Shown: one piece after another, positions 9,763 through 18,744 of the stretch
Layout: each line of letters opens with the position of its first letter
How positions within the stretch are numbered: the first letter of the stretch is position 1
NCBI GenBank assembly: GCA_041750915.1
Contig: JBGSYJ010000285.1
Location: 848-64,847, forward strand
Length of the DNA stretch: 64,000 nt
DNA from: Thermoanaerobaculia bacterium
GTDB taxonomy: Bacteria > Acidobacteriota > Thermoanaerobaculia > Gp7-AA8
Direction: 5' to 3'
Notes under the pieces: model-generated
The model's input: the letters and a program-made list of their open reading frames with translations, nothing else
Database searches by the model: none
What the model was told of the DNA's origin: nothing
Program-made: the position numbers and the translations under genes

Positions 9763-11375
9763 GCGGCTCCTTTTTCGAGTGTGAGCAGTTCCTGGTAAGC
9801 GGGTATGGTCAGAAAATCTGCCAGCTCGTCCGCGAGGATCAATTCATCGAAAATGCGCGCGGCGCGATCGAGATATCCCGCGGCGGCGCGATCTTCTCCG
9901 AGCCGTTCGCGGATCGACGCGAGCTCCTCATCCCTCATGCGGCCATAGAGGGCGGCGTCGAGGCCTCTTCCGTCGTCGAGCACCGCTCCGTGATGAATCC
10001 ACTGCCACAATTGCGTTCGCGAGATCTCGGCAGTGGCCGCGTCCTCCATCAGGTTGTAAAGCGGCACACAGCCGAGTCCTGCAAGCCAGGCTTCGAGATA
10101 GAGCACCCCGACGTTGATGTTCTGCCGCACGCCGCTCTCGGTGATTGGGCCTTTTGGGAGTCGGAGCAGATCCTCGCGGCTGATATGGACATCCCCGCGT
10201 TTGCGATCGATCTGGTTTGGTCCCGGCATGTGCTCGTCGAAGATCCGCTTAGCGATGGGGACGAGTCCCGGGTGCGCGACCCAGGTTCCGTCGTGGCCGG
10301 CCCTCACCTCACGCAGCTTGTCGGCTTCGACCTTCCGCATCGCGGCGGCGTTCGCGTCCGGGTCGTTCCGGATGGGAATCTGAGCCGCCATGCCTCCCAT
10401 CGCATGAATGCCGCGGCGATGACATGTCTGAATGAGCAGATCGACGTATGCGGCGAGGAAATCTTTGTCCATGGAGATCAGCGCGCGGTCGGGAGTGATG
10501 AATCCGTCACGCGCTCTGAACTTTTTGATGAAGGAAAAGATGTAGTCCCAGCGCCCGCAGTTCAGTCCAGCCGAGTGGTCGCGCAGTTCCCACAGGATCT
10601 CGTGCATTTCGAACGCTGCGAGAATGGTTTCGATCAGCACGGTTGCGCGAATCGAGCCGTCGGGAATTCCGAGCTCGCGCTGCGCGAACACGAAGACGTC
10701 GTTCCACAGTCGCGCCTCGAGGTGCGACTCCAGCTTCGGAAGATAGAAGTAAGGCCCGGTGCCTCGAGACTGCGCTTCCTTCGCGTTGTGAAAGGAGTAG
10801 AGGCCGAAATCGAAGAGGCTTGCGCTCATCGGCTTTCCGTCGACCACAAAGTGCTCTTCCAACAGATGCCATCCGCGTGGACGGACCATCAACGTTGCCG
10901 TCCGTTCCTCCAGCCGGTATTGCTTCGTACCGCTGTCGAAAGAGATTGTTCGCCGGACGGCGTCGCGCAGGTTGATCTGGCCTTCGAGATTGTTCGCCCA
11001 CGTCGGAGCGTTGGCATCCTCGAAATCAGCCATAAACACGCTCGCGCCGGAATTGAGCGCGTTGATGATCATCTTCCGGTCCGTAGGCCCCGTGATCTCG
11101 ACACGCCGGTCGAGCAGATCCTTGGGGATGTCCGCGGTAGTCCAGTTGCTGTCGCGAATCTCGCGTGTTTCGGGCAGGAAATCGGGCAATTCGCCCGCGT
11201 CGAGTCTCGCGGCGCGCTCCAGCCGATGGGAGAGCAGCGTTTCACGGCGGGCTCCGAACGTCCGCTGGAGCCGGGTGAGAAATGTTGTGGCTTCAGGAGT
11301 GAGGATGCCGGCCGAGGCCGCCTGCGACCCTGGAGTGCCGGGGTTGGGATCGGATGCTTCAGGTTGTTTGATCAC
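9759..11375 (-). CDS. aceB: malate synthase A
   Basis: A 538-aa product with conserved malate synthase A blocks ([28 protein letters not shown]; WVAHPGLV). It forms an operon with aceA. Confidence 0.95.
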   Translation of the reverse strand: MIKQPEASDPNPGTPGSQAASAGILTPEATTFLTRLQRTFGARRETLLSHRLERAARLDAGELPDFLPETREIRDSNWTTADIPKDLLDRRVEITGPTDRKMIINALNSGASVFMADFEDANAPTWANNLEGQINLRDAVRRTISFDSGTKQYRLEERTATLMVRPRGWHLLEEHFVVDGKPMSASLFDFGLYSFHNAKEAQSRGTGPYFYLPKLESHLEARLWNDVFVFAQRELGIPDGSIRATVLIETILAAFEMHEILWELRDHSAGLNCGRWDYIFSFIKKFRARDGFITPDRALISMDKDFLAAYVDLLIQTCHRRGIHAMGGMAAQIPIRNDPDANAAAMRKVEADKLREVRAGHDGTWVAHPGLVPIAKRIFDEHMPGPNQIDRKRGDVHISREDLLRLPKGPITESGVRQNINVGVLYLEAWLAGLGCVPLYNLMEDAATAEISRTQLWQWIHHGAVLDDGRGLDAALYGRMRDEELASIRERLGEDRAAAGYLDRAARIFDELILADELADFLTIPAYQELLTLEKGAA

Positions 11376-11540
11376 GGTGAGTCATTTTGCAAATATGGAG
11401 GCTGATAGTCAACAACTAATGCTATTGCAGCAAGTTACGTTGTATACCGTTGTGAAGCTAGTTCTGTAAATCTGTAAATTCTAGTAAAGTTGTCTTGACC
11501 CGGAACCCTACGGGCGCGACCCTGTCGATAGGAGCTGCTC
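11376..11540. promoter_or_regulatory. divergent aceBA / ramB-like intergenic control region with a TTTGCAAA core (RamB-type operator-like) at 11386-11393
   Basis: This AT-rich 165-bp spacer lies between divergently transcribed genes. TCATTTTGCAAATATGG sits immediately 5' of aceB and resembles the RamB motif A(A/G)AACTTTGCAAA of Corynebacterineae. Confidence 0.45.
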
Positions 11541-13046
11541 ATGAGACATCTGCCGAAGCTCGGAACAAAAGTGCGCGCCATGCGGCGCCGGGAAGGACTC
11601 ACGCAGAGTGACCTGGCCGCAAAACTCGAGATCTCGCCGAGCTATCTCAACCTGATCGAACACAATCAGCGTCCGCTTACAGCGCACTTGCTCGTGCGCG
11701 TGGCGCAGCTCTTTCGCATCGATCTCGACTCTTTTGCCGACGACAACGCGAGTCGGTTGGCGGCAGACCTCCAGGAGGCTTTTGGCGATCCGCTGTTCGA
11801 AGAGCATTCACTCAATACTTCGGATGTGCGCGAGCTCGCTGAAAACACTGCGGCCGCGCGCGCTGTCCTTTCGCTTTATCAGGCGTACCGTTCCTCGGCC
11901 GAATCCACCCGCGCACTTGCAGCGAGGCTGTTCGATGGCCAGGACTTCATGGGAATCAATCCCGCACATCTGCCCTCCGAGGAAGTCTCGGAGGTGATTC
12001 AGCAGAATCTGAACTACTTCGCGGAGCTGGAAGCACTAGCCGAGGATGTAGCGCGGCGGACACGTCTGGACAGGCGCGACATGTATCGCGCGATGGTCGA
12101 GTATCTCCTCCAAGCGCATGCGACGGTGGTGGACCGCGTTCCGGTGAGCCGGGATCGCGGAGTGGTCCGGCGCTATGATCGGGAGCGCCGTACACTCTTT
12201 CTGTCGGAAGTTCTGCCGCCCTGGAGCCGTAACTTTCAAGTCGCCTATCAGATCGGACAACTCGAAGGCGAACAGATCATCACCTCGATTCTCGACCGGC
12301 ATCAGTCCCTGCTCACGACTCCGGAATCTGTGAAGCTCTGCCGGATCGCGCTGGCGAACTATTTTGCTGCGGCGTTGCTCATGCCGTACGAGGACTTCAT
12401 CCGAACCGCCGGAGAAGTGCGCTACGACGTCGAGATGCTGCAGCATCACTTTACGGCGAGTTGGGAACAGGTCTGTCATCGGCTCACGACGCTCCGGAGA
12501 CCGGGCTCGATGGGTGTGCCGTTCCATTTCGTGCGCGTCGACATCGCCGGCAACATCTCCAAGCGCTACAGCGGCACAGGGATTCGGTTCGCGCGGTTCT
12601 CCGGTTCGTGCCCAAGGTGGGATGTTCACGCGGCCTTTCTGACTCCGGGCCGCGTCCGCACGCAGCTCTCGAAGATGCCAGATGGCACGGCGTACTTCTG
12701 CGTGGCGCGCACCATCAGGAAGAGCTATGGCGGCTTTGCTTCAGGTGATGCGCTCATGTCGGTGGGCATCGGATGTCCGGTCTCGGATGCCCGGCAGCTC
12801 GTGTATGCCGAAGGGTACAATCTCGAAAATCTCGAAGCGGCCGTACCCATCGGCACGACGTGCCGTCTTTGCGAACGGCTCGATTGCGATCAGCGCGCGT
12901 TTCCTCCGCTTCAGCAGGGTCTGGTCATCGATGAGAACGTGCGCGGCCGATCGTTCTACGCACCTGCCGAAGTGTCCAGTGTTGACGAAGCGGGGATACC
13001 GGCCCTGCTGCCGGTGCGTCGAAAGCGGGCACCTCGACAACCGTGA
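11541..13046 (+). CDS. XRE-family HTH regulator with IrrE/DUF955-like and DUF2083-like domains (RamB/ScfR-type regulator of acetate and glyoxylate genes)
   Basis: Contains the N-terminal HTH LGTKVRAMRRREGLTQSDLAAKLEISPSYLNLIEHNQR. It is about 500 aa with a Cys-rich C-terminus, and its position divergent from aceBA matches the RamB arrangement. Confidence 0.8.
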   Translation: MRHLPKLGTKVRAMRRREGLTQSDLAAKLEISPSYLNLIEHNQRPLTAHLLVRVAQLFRIDLDSFADDNASRLAADLQEAFGDPLFEEHSLNTSDVRELAENTAAARAVLSLYQAYRSSAESTRALAARLFDGQDFMGINPAHLPSEEVSEVIQQNLNYFAELEALAEDVARRTRLDRRDMYRAMVEYLLQAHATVVDRVPVSRDRGVVRRYDRERRTLFLSEVLPPWSRNFQVAYQIGQLEGEQIITSILDRHQSLLTTPESVKLCRIALANYFAAALLMPYEDFIRTAGEVRYDVEMLQHHFTASWEQVCHRLTTLRRPGSMGVPFHFVRVDIAGNISKRYSGTGIRFARFSGSCPRWDVHAAFLTPGRVRTQLSKMPDGTAYFCVARTIRKSYGGFASGDALMSVGIGCPVSDARQLVYAEGYNLENLEAAVPIGTTCRLCERLDCDQRAFPPLQQGLVIDENVRGRSFYAPAEVSSVDEAGIPALLPVRRKRAPRQP

Positions 13047-13048
13047 AG

Positions 13049-13225
13049 GTTCTGAGTTCTGCACGCCCACACGAGTTCTGGGTTCTGCACGCCCGGCCCT
13101 CCCACACGAGTTCTGGGTTCTGAGTTCCCACCCTCCCACTCACAGATCACAACTCACAATCTGGAAAGGGGTGGGAGGAAACCCAGAACCCAGAACCGAG
13201 AACCCAGAACCCAGAACCACAACTC
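13049..13225. repeat. long imperfect palindrome built from tandem GTTCTG/GGGTTCTG units
   Basis: GAGTTCTGGGTTCTG repeats and CCCACCCTCCCAC pair with GGGTGGGAGG and CCCAGAACCCAGAAC repeats around a loop containing CACAACTCACAATC. Confidence 0.75.
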
Positions 13226-13281
13226 CGACCGAGCGTGGAGTTTTCTGAACCTCGTCCCTGATTTTTCCGTATTGTGTATTC

Positions 13282-13815
13282 GTGTTCCGACTCGAAACGG
13301 ATCGGCTGATCATTCGTCCCTGGCAGAAAACGGACCGTCCGGCTCTCCGCAGAATCATGCGAGGCGCCGAAGTGACACGTTATGTCCACGGCGGGCATCC
13401 CTATACGGTCGACGACGAAGACGACTTTTTCGCACGGCAGGCACGACAGCTGGCGGAGAACCACATCTGCATGGGTGCAGTGGAGGAGCGGGAAAGCGGT
13501 CTGGTGGTGGGCATAGCCGGATCGCAGCCACTCGGGACCACGCCGGACCTCGAGATCGGCTGGATTTTCGATCGTGCGGCATGGGGGCGGGGTTATGCAA
13601 CGGAGGCTGGCGCTGCAGCGATGCAGCATGTGTTGCATACACTCGACCGCCCGCGCGTTGTCGCGATCATCGATCCAGGGAACGAAGCATCTAAGCGGGT
13701 GGCCGCCCGGCTCGGGATGCAGTACGAGGACCGGTATACGGGCGCTCAGCTGGGGCACAGGAAGCCGGAGATCAGCGTCGATCTTTATTTCAGGGACCGG
13801 CAGGCCATCGTGTAG
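13282..13815 (+). CDS. GNAT family N-acetyltransferase (RimJ/RimL-like)
   Basis: N-terminal TDRLIIRPW motif and a GNAT core (LEIGWIFDRAAWGRGYATEA). Confidence 0.8.
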   Translation: MFRLETDRLIIRPWQKTDRPALRRIMRGAEVTRYVHGGHPYTVDDEDDFFARQARQLAENHICMGAVEERESGLVVGIAGSQPLGTTPDLEIGWIFDRAAWGRGYATEAGAAAMQHVLHTLDRPRVVAIIDPGNEASKRVAARLGMQYEDRYTGAQLGHRKPEISVDLYFRDRQAIV

Positions 13816-13836
13816 TTGCGCTCCGAGCGACGTTGT

Positions 13837-13868
13837 TGTCATCCCGCACAACCAGGCTCGGGATGACA
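13837..13868. repeat. solo hairpin of the TGTCATCCCG family (MITE terminus-like)
   Basis: TGTCATCCCGCACAACCAGGCTCGGGATGACA. Confidence 0.7.
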
Positions 13869-13946
13869 AGCTCGTTCATTTCTTGCCACAATGATCTGTC
13901 CCGCAACCTGGATTATGTCTCCCTCAGCAGTCGTTTCCCCTCAGGA

Positions 13947-14387
13947 ATGCCCAACTTCGAGAACCCCCCGACGCGCCCCCTCATGTCGCTCTATCACGGG
14001 ATGCGCGGCCTCTGTTCCCGCTGCGGCGAGGGCCCGCTCTTCCGCCGCGGACTCAAAGCATGGGAGCGCTGCTCGGCCTGCGATCTTCGCTACCAGCGCA
14101 ATCAGGGCGATGTGTGGATGTTCGTCATTATGATGAACCGCATTCCCGTCGCACTGGGAGTCGCGATCGTCTACTTCGGCTTCCGTGCGGCGAGTCTCGA
14201 AACATCAATCCTGTTTTTTCTTTCGCTCGCAGGACCGCTACTCGCCACGGTGCGCCACAGGCAGGGGATCGCGCTCGCACTCGACTACCTGTCGCGGGTC
14301 TATCTGCCCGATTCTTCCGACGAGATTCACAAAGAGCGCGCGCTCGCGAACACCGAGGCGATTCGACGCTCGAGAATGGCTGTCTGA
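13947..14387 (+). CDS. DUF983-like zinc-ribbon membrane protein
   Basis: The CxxC...CxxC pair (CSRCGEGPLFRR...CSACDL) followed by 2 TM helices is typical of DUF983. The ORF listed from 13833 starts inside the hairpin repeat. Confidence 0.6.
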   Translation: MPNFENPPTRPLMSLYHGMRGLCSRCGEGPLFRRGLKAWERCSACDLRYQRNQGDVWMFVIMMNRIPVALGVAIVYFGFRAASLETSILFFLSLAGPLLATVRHRQGIALALDYLSRVYLPDSSDEIHKERALANTEAIRRSRMAV

Positions 14388-14399
14388 CGAGCGGCCTCG

Positions 14400-15335
14400 A
14401 TGGATCAGACCAACTCCCCCGGTCGCAGCGAAAGCCGCGATTCCCGCTCCAGCGATCTCGAACAGTACCCTCCGATGCCTGTCATCGTCGGAGCCCCTCG
14501 GTCCGGGACGACGCTACTCCGCTTCATGCTCGACGCGCATCCGGACCTTGCGATTCCTCCGGAAACGGGGTTTCTCCGGCTCTGCGAAGAGTGGTTCCAT
14601 CACGACGTGAGCCCCGAGAAGTTTCATCACGCACTCACCAGCTTTCCCGAATCGATGCCGGCCTGGGCGGATTTCGGTGTCCGAGCCGAAGATTTTCATG
14701 CCGCGCTCTCGCAGCTGGTGCCGTTCACGGTTGCCGACGGCTTCCGCACTTTCTACAGGCTTTATGCGGAGCGCTTTGGCAAGAGCCGCTGGGGAGACAA
14801 GACTCCGCTCCATAGCCGATACATCGATGCAATTCGGCGAGTCATTCCTGAGGCCCGCTTCATCCACATCATTCGCGATGGACGCGATGTCGCGCTTTCC
14901 CTCAGGGAAATGTGGTTTTCGCCTGGCCGCGAAATGGAAATCCAGGCGGCTCACTGGCGGGACTGGGTCGTCGCGGCGCGGGAGGCCGGTCGCGGGCAGC
15001 CCGACTATCTCGAGGTTCGCTACGAAGCGCTGATACGCGAGCCAGAGAGCGTGATCCGCGAAATCTGTTCGCTGATCGACCTCGATTTCCAGAGCGAGAT
15101 GCTCGACTACCACCGGCGCACACCCGAAAGACTGCAGGAGCACAGGGCCAGATACAGGGCCGACGGAAGTCTCCTGATTTCTCACGAGCGCCGCCTCGAG
15201 CAGTTGCGCCTCACGACCCGCCCCCCTGATCCAACGAGGGTATTGGGATGGAAGACAGCCATGTCAGACGAAGATCGCACCCGATTCGAGGCCATCGCGG
15301 GAGAGCTCTTGAGAGATCTCGGATACGAAGAGTGA
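14400..15335 (+). CDS. sulfotransferase family protein
   Basis: PAPS-binding P-loop-like motif VIVGAPRSGTTLL (5'-PSB) and a later RDGRDV block (3'-PB). Confidence 0.7.
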   Translation: MDQTNSPGRSESRDSRSSDLEQYPPMPVIVGAPRSGTTLLRFMLDAHPDLAIPPETGFLRLCEEWFHHDVSPEKFHHALTSFPESMPAWADFGVRAEDFHAALSQLVPFTVADGFRTFYRLYAERFGKSRWGDKTPLHSRYIDAIRRVIPEARFIHIIRDGRDVALSLREMWFSPGREMEIQAAHWRDWVVAAREAGRGQPDYLEVRYEALIREPESVIREICSLIDLDFQSEMLDYHRRTPERLQEHRARYRADGSLLISHERRLEQLRLTTRPPDPTRVLGWKTAMSDEDRTRFEAIAGELLRDLGYEE

Positions 15336-15416
15336 GCTGCATCAGTCGGAGAATGCTCATCTGCTTCGCGATTAACCTCAACAATCGCACTGCTATCTTC
15401 AGGACTTGTCATCCCG

Positions 15417-15572
15417 AGCAAGCGCGGGCGGGCGGGAGGGGCGAGGGATCTCCGGCGGTAGTACATTCGTGATTCCCGACCCGGCGTCGGTGGTGGAGGC
15501 CGATAGGCAACTATGTACCATCGCCGGAGATCCCTCGCCCCTCCCATCCGCACACCCAGGCTCGGGATGACA
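15417..15572. repeat. MITE-like palindromic element, copy 2
   Basis: Same termini and the same internal GGGAGGGGCGAGGGATCTCCGGCGGTAGTACAT / ATGTACCATCGCCGGAGATCCCTCGCCCCTCCC arms as copy 1. Confidence 0.85.
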
Positions 15573-15615
15573 GGCTCTCGTTCATTTCGTCACTCGTCAT
15601 TCGTGAACTGCCGCA

Positions 15616-18432
15616 CTACATATCGTTCCAGTGGAGGATCGCGTTGTAGACAAAGCGAAAGTCCGAGTGCGTCAAATAGCGGTGAAGCGGATTGAAGTTG
15701 AACAGAATCACGCGGCCTTTCCCGACGGGCAGGTCGATGATGGCCGGTTTGCCTTCGACCACATCACTCGACTTCACGAATCCGGAAAGCACGAACGGTT
15801 TGCCGTTCTTTTTCTCTTCTTCTTTCTCCTCTGCGGACTCAACCGCCGGCGCAGCGGCCATTGGAGAATCGCCCCCGTCCGCGAGATTCATCGCCGGTCC
15901 ATCTGTTTCGATCTTCTTCGTCCCGAATTGCAGGACGACCCTGTCGCGGTCCCGGTCGCGGACATTGAACAGGGGCGCATTGCCGCGAAAGATCGACGGT
16001 AGCTCTTCATAGCCGTACACGATCGGATGAAGCGGCCGCAGCACTTTCGCCTGCACTTCCGAGCCGGGCGTGTTGAACGTCGCCGGGGCGACGCGGCTGA
16101 TACCGCGGGCGATCCCGCCGTCGACGGCGAGAGTGCCCGCATTCTCCAGAGTGACTAGCAGCCCGCCGTCATTCACGAACTTCTGAAGGTTGCTCAGGCC
16201 TTCCAGCCCCATGCCGCCGGTGATGTCCGGTGACGCGTTCGGAACTCCGTGGCTCGGAAACTCCGCCGTCTTCGTGTAAGCGAGCGGGCCATACTTCGTG
16301 TCGTGTCCATGGACCATGCGAGCCAGGTCGCCGCCCGAGTTGCCGAAGAGAATCACGTCGAAGCGTTCTCCGAGGCTTCCGGCACGGAGGTCGCCGTCGT
16401 GGATCAAGGTGTAGGGGAGGGAGATCTGGTCGAACGTGTAGCGGATCCAGCCGATGTCCTGGGTCGAGGTCCACGTGTGCATGACGGCGACTCTCGGCAT
16501 GTCGACGATATGGCGCGCCACCTGAGGCATGCGGCGCACGGCGGTCAGATCAAGTCCGGTCTTTGCTGCGGCGCTCTCGGCATCGGCCCGTGAGGCCTGC
16601 ACGATCAGCGTGCCCGCTGGATATCGTTTCCGATCGACTTCGAAAGACTCCCTCGCAGCTTCGATCGTTCCCTGCAGTGCGAGTCGAAGTTCCATGATCG
16701 CGTTCTGCCCCTTGTCTGCGACGAGAAAGACGTCTCCACTTCCCGAAACTCGGCCCGTCGGCTTCAGATCTTCGGCGAGCATGGTCATCGATGACTCGAG
16801 GATCTTCCGGTCGGCGACTTTGCTTCCCTCGACTCCGTACAACAGCGGCCATGTCCACGCGACGTCGTCGTACGGAGTGTTGGGCTCGTCGGCAGGAAAC
16901 TTCTGGACATCGAGCAGCGTGATGATTGCGTCCCGATATGGCTGATCGAGACGGACGACGTACGTTCCCGCCGGATGCGTCTTCTCGCCGCCCTTGAACG
17001 GCTGGTCGAGGCGGTGCACCTCATATCGGTGCGCTCGAAGTCTGTTGATCAGATACGCCAGCCGGCCGCGGTCGCGCTGTTCTTCCGGAAAAACCCACGC
17101 ATACGGCGCCGTCGTTTTCGATTTTTCGATATTGCGGAAGCCTTTGGTCCATCCGCTGCGGAGAAGATCCGTCCCGTGAACACTCGTGTATGCGAGTGCT
17201 TCCAGTACGCCGGCCTGCATGTAATTCGTGTTGTTTCTCATCGACCACTTCAGCTTCTTTGCCGGCGGGTCCGGCCGGTACCACTGCGCTTCGGTCACCG
17301 GCCTGCCGACGAATCGCGTGTTCTCCAGATTTCTGTCATAGGTTCCGGCGAGCGAGTTTCCGAACGTCTCGTAGAAGCGTCCCACCGAGTTGTGATTGTT
17401 CGCAACCGAGAAGAGGTACCCGGGCCACCATCCGTCCCAGAAGCCCCAGGTCCAGACACCGGGCAGTCCCATCGCCTGCAGCGATCCCGCTTCGTTGTGT
17501 GCGTACTGCGTCCACTGATTGACTGTCATCGCGCTGACGGCACTCGAATAGGGGCCGTGTCCGGTGGAAATGTAGAGAAGCGGGAGCGACTCGTGAAGGT
17601 CATGGACGACATGCGGGTGGTACTTGAAGAACGTCTCGTGTACCGCGCGCGTGAGCGCGAGTGCCTGCTGCATGCCGTCACGGTTGTTGTCATGAAACGC
17701 GTAGTGGCCCCAGTAAGGCGGCGAGGAGAACTCCCGCAGCTCCTCGTAGGAAAGATCCCGGTCGCGGAGGTGACGGTAATACCACTCGACCATGCGATCG
17801 CGACCATCCGGCTCGGCCACCGGCGTGATGAGCACGATGACTTCGCTGCGGATGCGGGCGATCTCCGGTTTGTCGCTCACCGCAAGACGGTAGGCCAGCT
17901 CCATGAGCATCTCCGGGCTTCCCGTCTCTGTCGAATGAAGACCTCCGATGAGGTGATAGATCGCCTTGCCCTCTGCGACGAGCGATTCCATCTCGCGCGC
18001 GGTCGTCTTCCGCGGGTCTGCGAGCCTGCGTGTGATGTCTTTGTATCGCTCGATGTTTTGTAGATTCGCCGCATCGGACACGCGGATCAGTACCAGATCC
18101 CGTCCCTCCTCGGTTTTTCCGATCACTTCCATCTCGACGCGGTCGGAAGCTGCGGCGAGCTTCGAGTAGTAGTCGTAGATCTTCGCGACGCTGGTCAGCT
18201 CGTTCGGCGCACCCGCGACCCGTCCGAGAACGTCGGATGGCGACGGCACGTTCGCTGATTCGGGCACATACGCGACGGTCGGCGGAAGGTATTCGGGAGC
18301 GGTCGTGAATTGGCGGATCTGCTCGACACTTCCCGGCTCCGGCGTGTCGGGTGACCAGGAGGGCTCCTGTGCGACCAGGGGAAAAATGAACATCGCGGCG
18401 GCAACGCAGACGGGGATCAGACGACGGCGCAT
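15616..18432 (-). CDS. secreted M14-family zinc carboxypeptidase-like protein (large, multi-domain)
   Basis: The ATG at 18432 is preceded by GAGGAGAG and followed by the signal peptide MRRRLIPVCVAAAMFIFPLVAQ. An M14-like zinc site is present (HLIGGLHSTETGSPE). The 251 codons upstream in the listed ORF are Arg-rich, non-protein-like sequence. Confidence 0.7.
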   Translation of the reverse strand: MRRRLIPVCVAAAMFIFPLVAQEPSWSPDTPEPGSVEQIRQFTTAPEYLPPTVAYVPESANVPSPSDVLGRVAGAPNELTSVAKIYDYYSKLAAASDRVEMEVIGKTEEGRDLVLIRVSDAANLQNIERYKDITRRLADPRKTTAREMESLVAEGKAIYHLIGGLHSTETGSPEMLMELAYRLAVSDKPEIARIRSEVIVLITPVAEPDGRDRMVEWYYRHLRDRDLSYEELREFSSPPYWGHYAFHDNNRDGMQQALALTRAVHETFFKYHPHVVHDLHESLPLLYISTGHGPYSSAVSAMTVNQWTQYAHNEAGSLQAMGLPGVWTWGFWDGWWPGYLFSVANNHNSVGRFYETFGNSLAGTYDRNLENTRFVGRPVTEAQWYRPDPPAKKLKWSMRNNTNYMQAGVLEALAYTSVHGTDLLRSGWTKGFRNIEKSKTTAPYAWVFPEEQRDRGRLAYLINRLRAHRYEVHRLDQPFKGGEKTHPAGTYVVRLDQPYRDAIITLLDVQKFPADEPNTPYDDVAWTWPLLYGVEGSKVADRKILESSMTMLAEDLKPTGRVSGSGDVFLVADKGQNAIMELRLALQGTIEAARESFEVDRKRYPAGTLIVQASRADAESAAAKTGLDLTAVRRMPQVARHIVDMPRVAVMHTWTSTQDIGWIRYTFDQISLPYTLIHDGDLRAGSLGERFDVILFGNSGGDLARMVHGHDTKYGPLAYTKTAEFPSHGVPNASPDITGGMGLEGLSNLQKFVNDGGLLVTLENAGTLAVDGGIARGISRVAPATFNTPGSEVQAKVLRPLHPIVYGYEELPSIFRGNAPLFNVRDRDRDRVVLQFGTKKIETDGPAMNLADGGDSPMAAAPAVESAEEKEEEKKNGKPFVLSGFVKSSDVVEGKPAIIDLPVGKGRVILFNFNPLHRYLTHSDFRFVYNAILHWNDM

Positions 18433-18504
18433 GGACTCTCCTCGATCGGTATTCGTGTGATGCGGCATGTGTATCACGAAAGTGTGAAAGGAATGCGTTG
18501 GCCG

Positions 18505-18610
18505 TCGTGCTCTCCCTCTCTCCGCGAAGTCGGGGAGAGGGTGGCGCGCGGCCCCGCCCGATCGTTGGGAACTTGCGAGGTCGTCGCGCGCCGGGAGAGG
18601 GGCGTTGGGG
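18505..18610. repeat. CCCTCTCCC/GGGAGAGGG hairpin-containing repeat element, copy A (inverted relative to copy B at 23693)
   Basis: Contains CTCTCCCTCTCTCCGCGAAGTCGGGGAGAGGGTGGCGCGCG...CGCGCGCCGGGAGAGGGGCGT. Its reverse complement matches 23693-23795 almost base for base. Confidence 0.75.
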
Positions 18611-18744
18611 GCTTGCCGCTTCTCGTGCCGATGGGCTGGATTCGAATTGCCTGCACGGCCCCTCTCCCCGTTCACACGGGGAGAGGGGAATCGGGCCTGC
18701 GTCATTGCCGCCACGCACCCGCCTGTATACTTTTCATCCCTCCC

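Noticed and set aside
9750-11405. 551-aa ORF antisense to malate synthase, and similar long antisense ORFs (8857-9798, 16975-18063, 19294-20268, 22016-23128, 29616-30698, 35823-36374, 44483-45400, 45787-46707, 53900-54793, 60205-61443)
   Set aside because: These are typical of high-GC genomes. Each lies opposite a gene with a clear family signature, and their composition is Arg-, Ala- and Pro-rich with no recognisable motifs.
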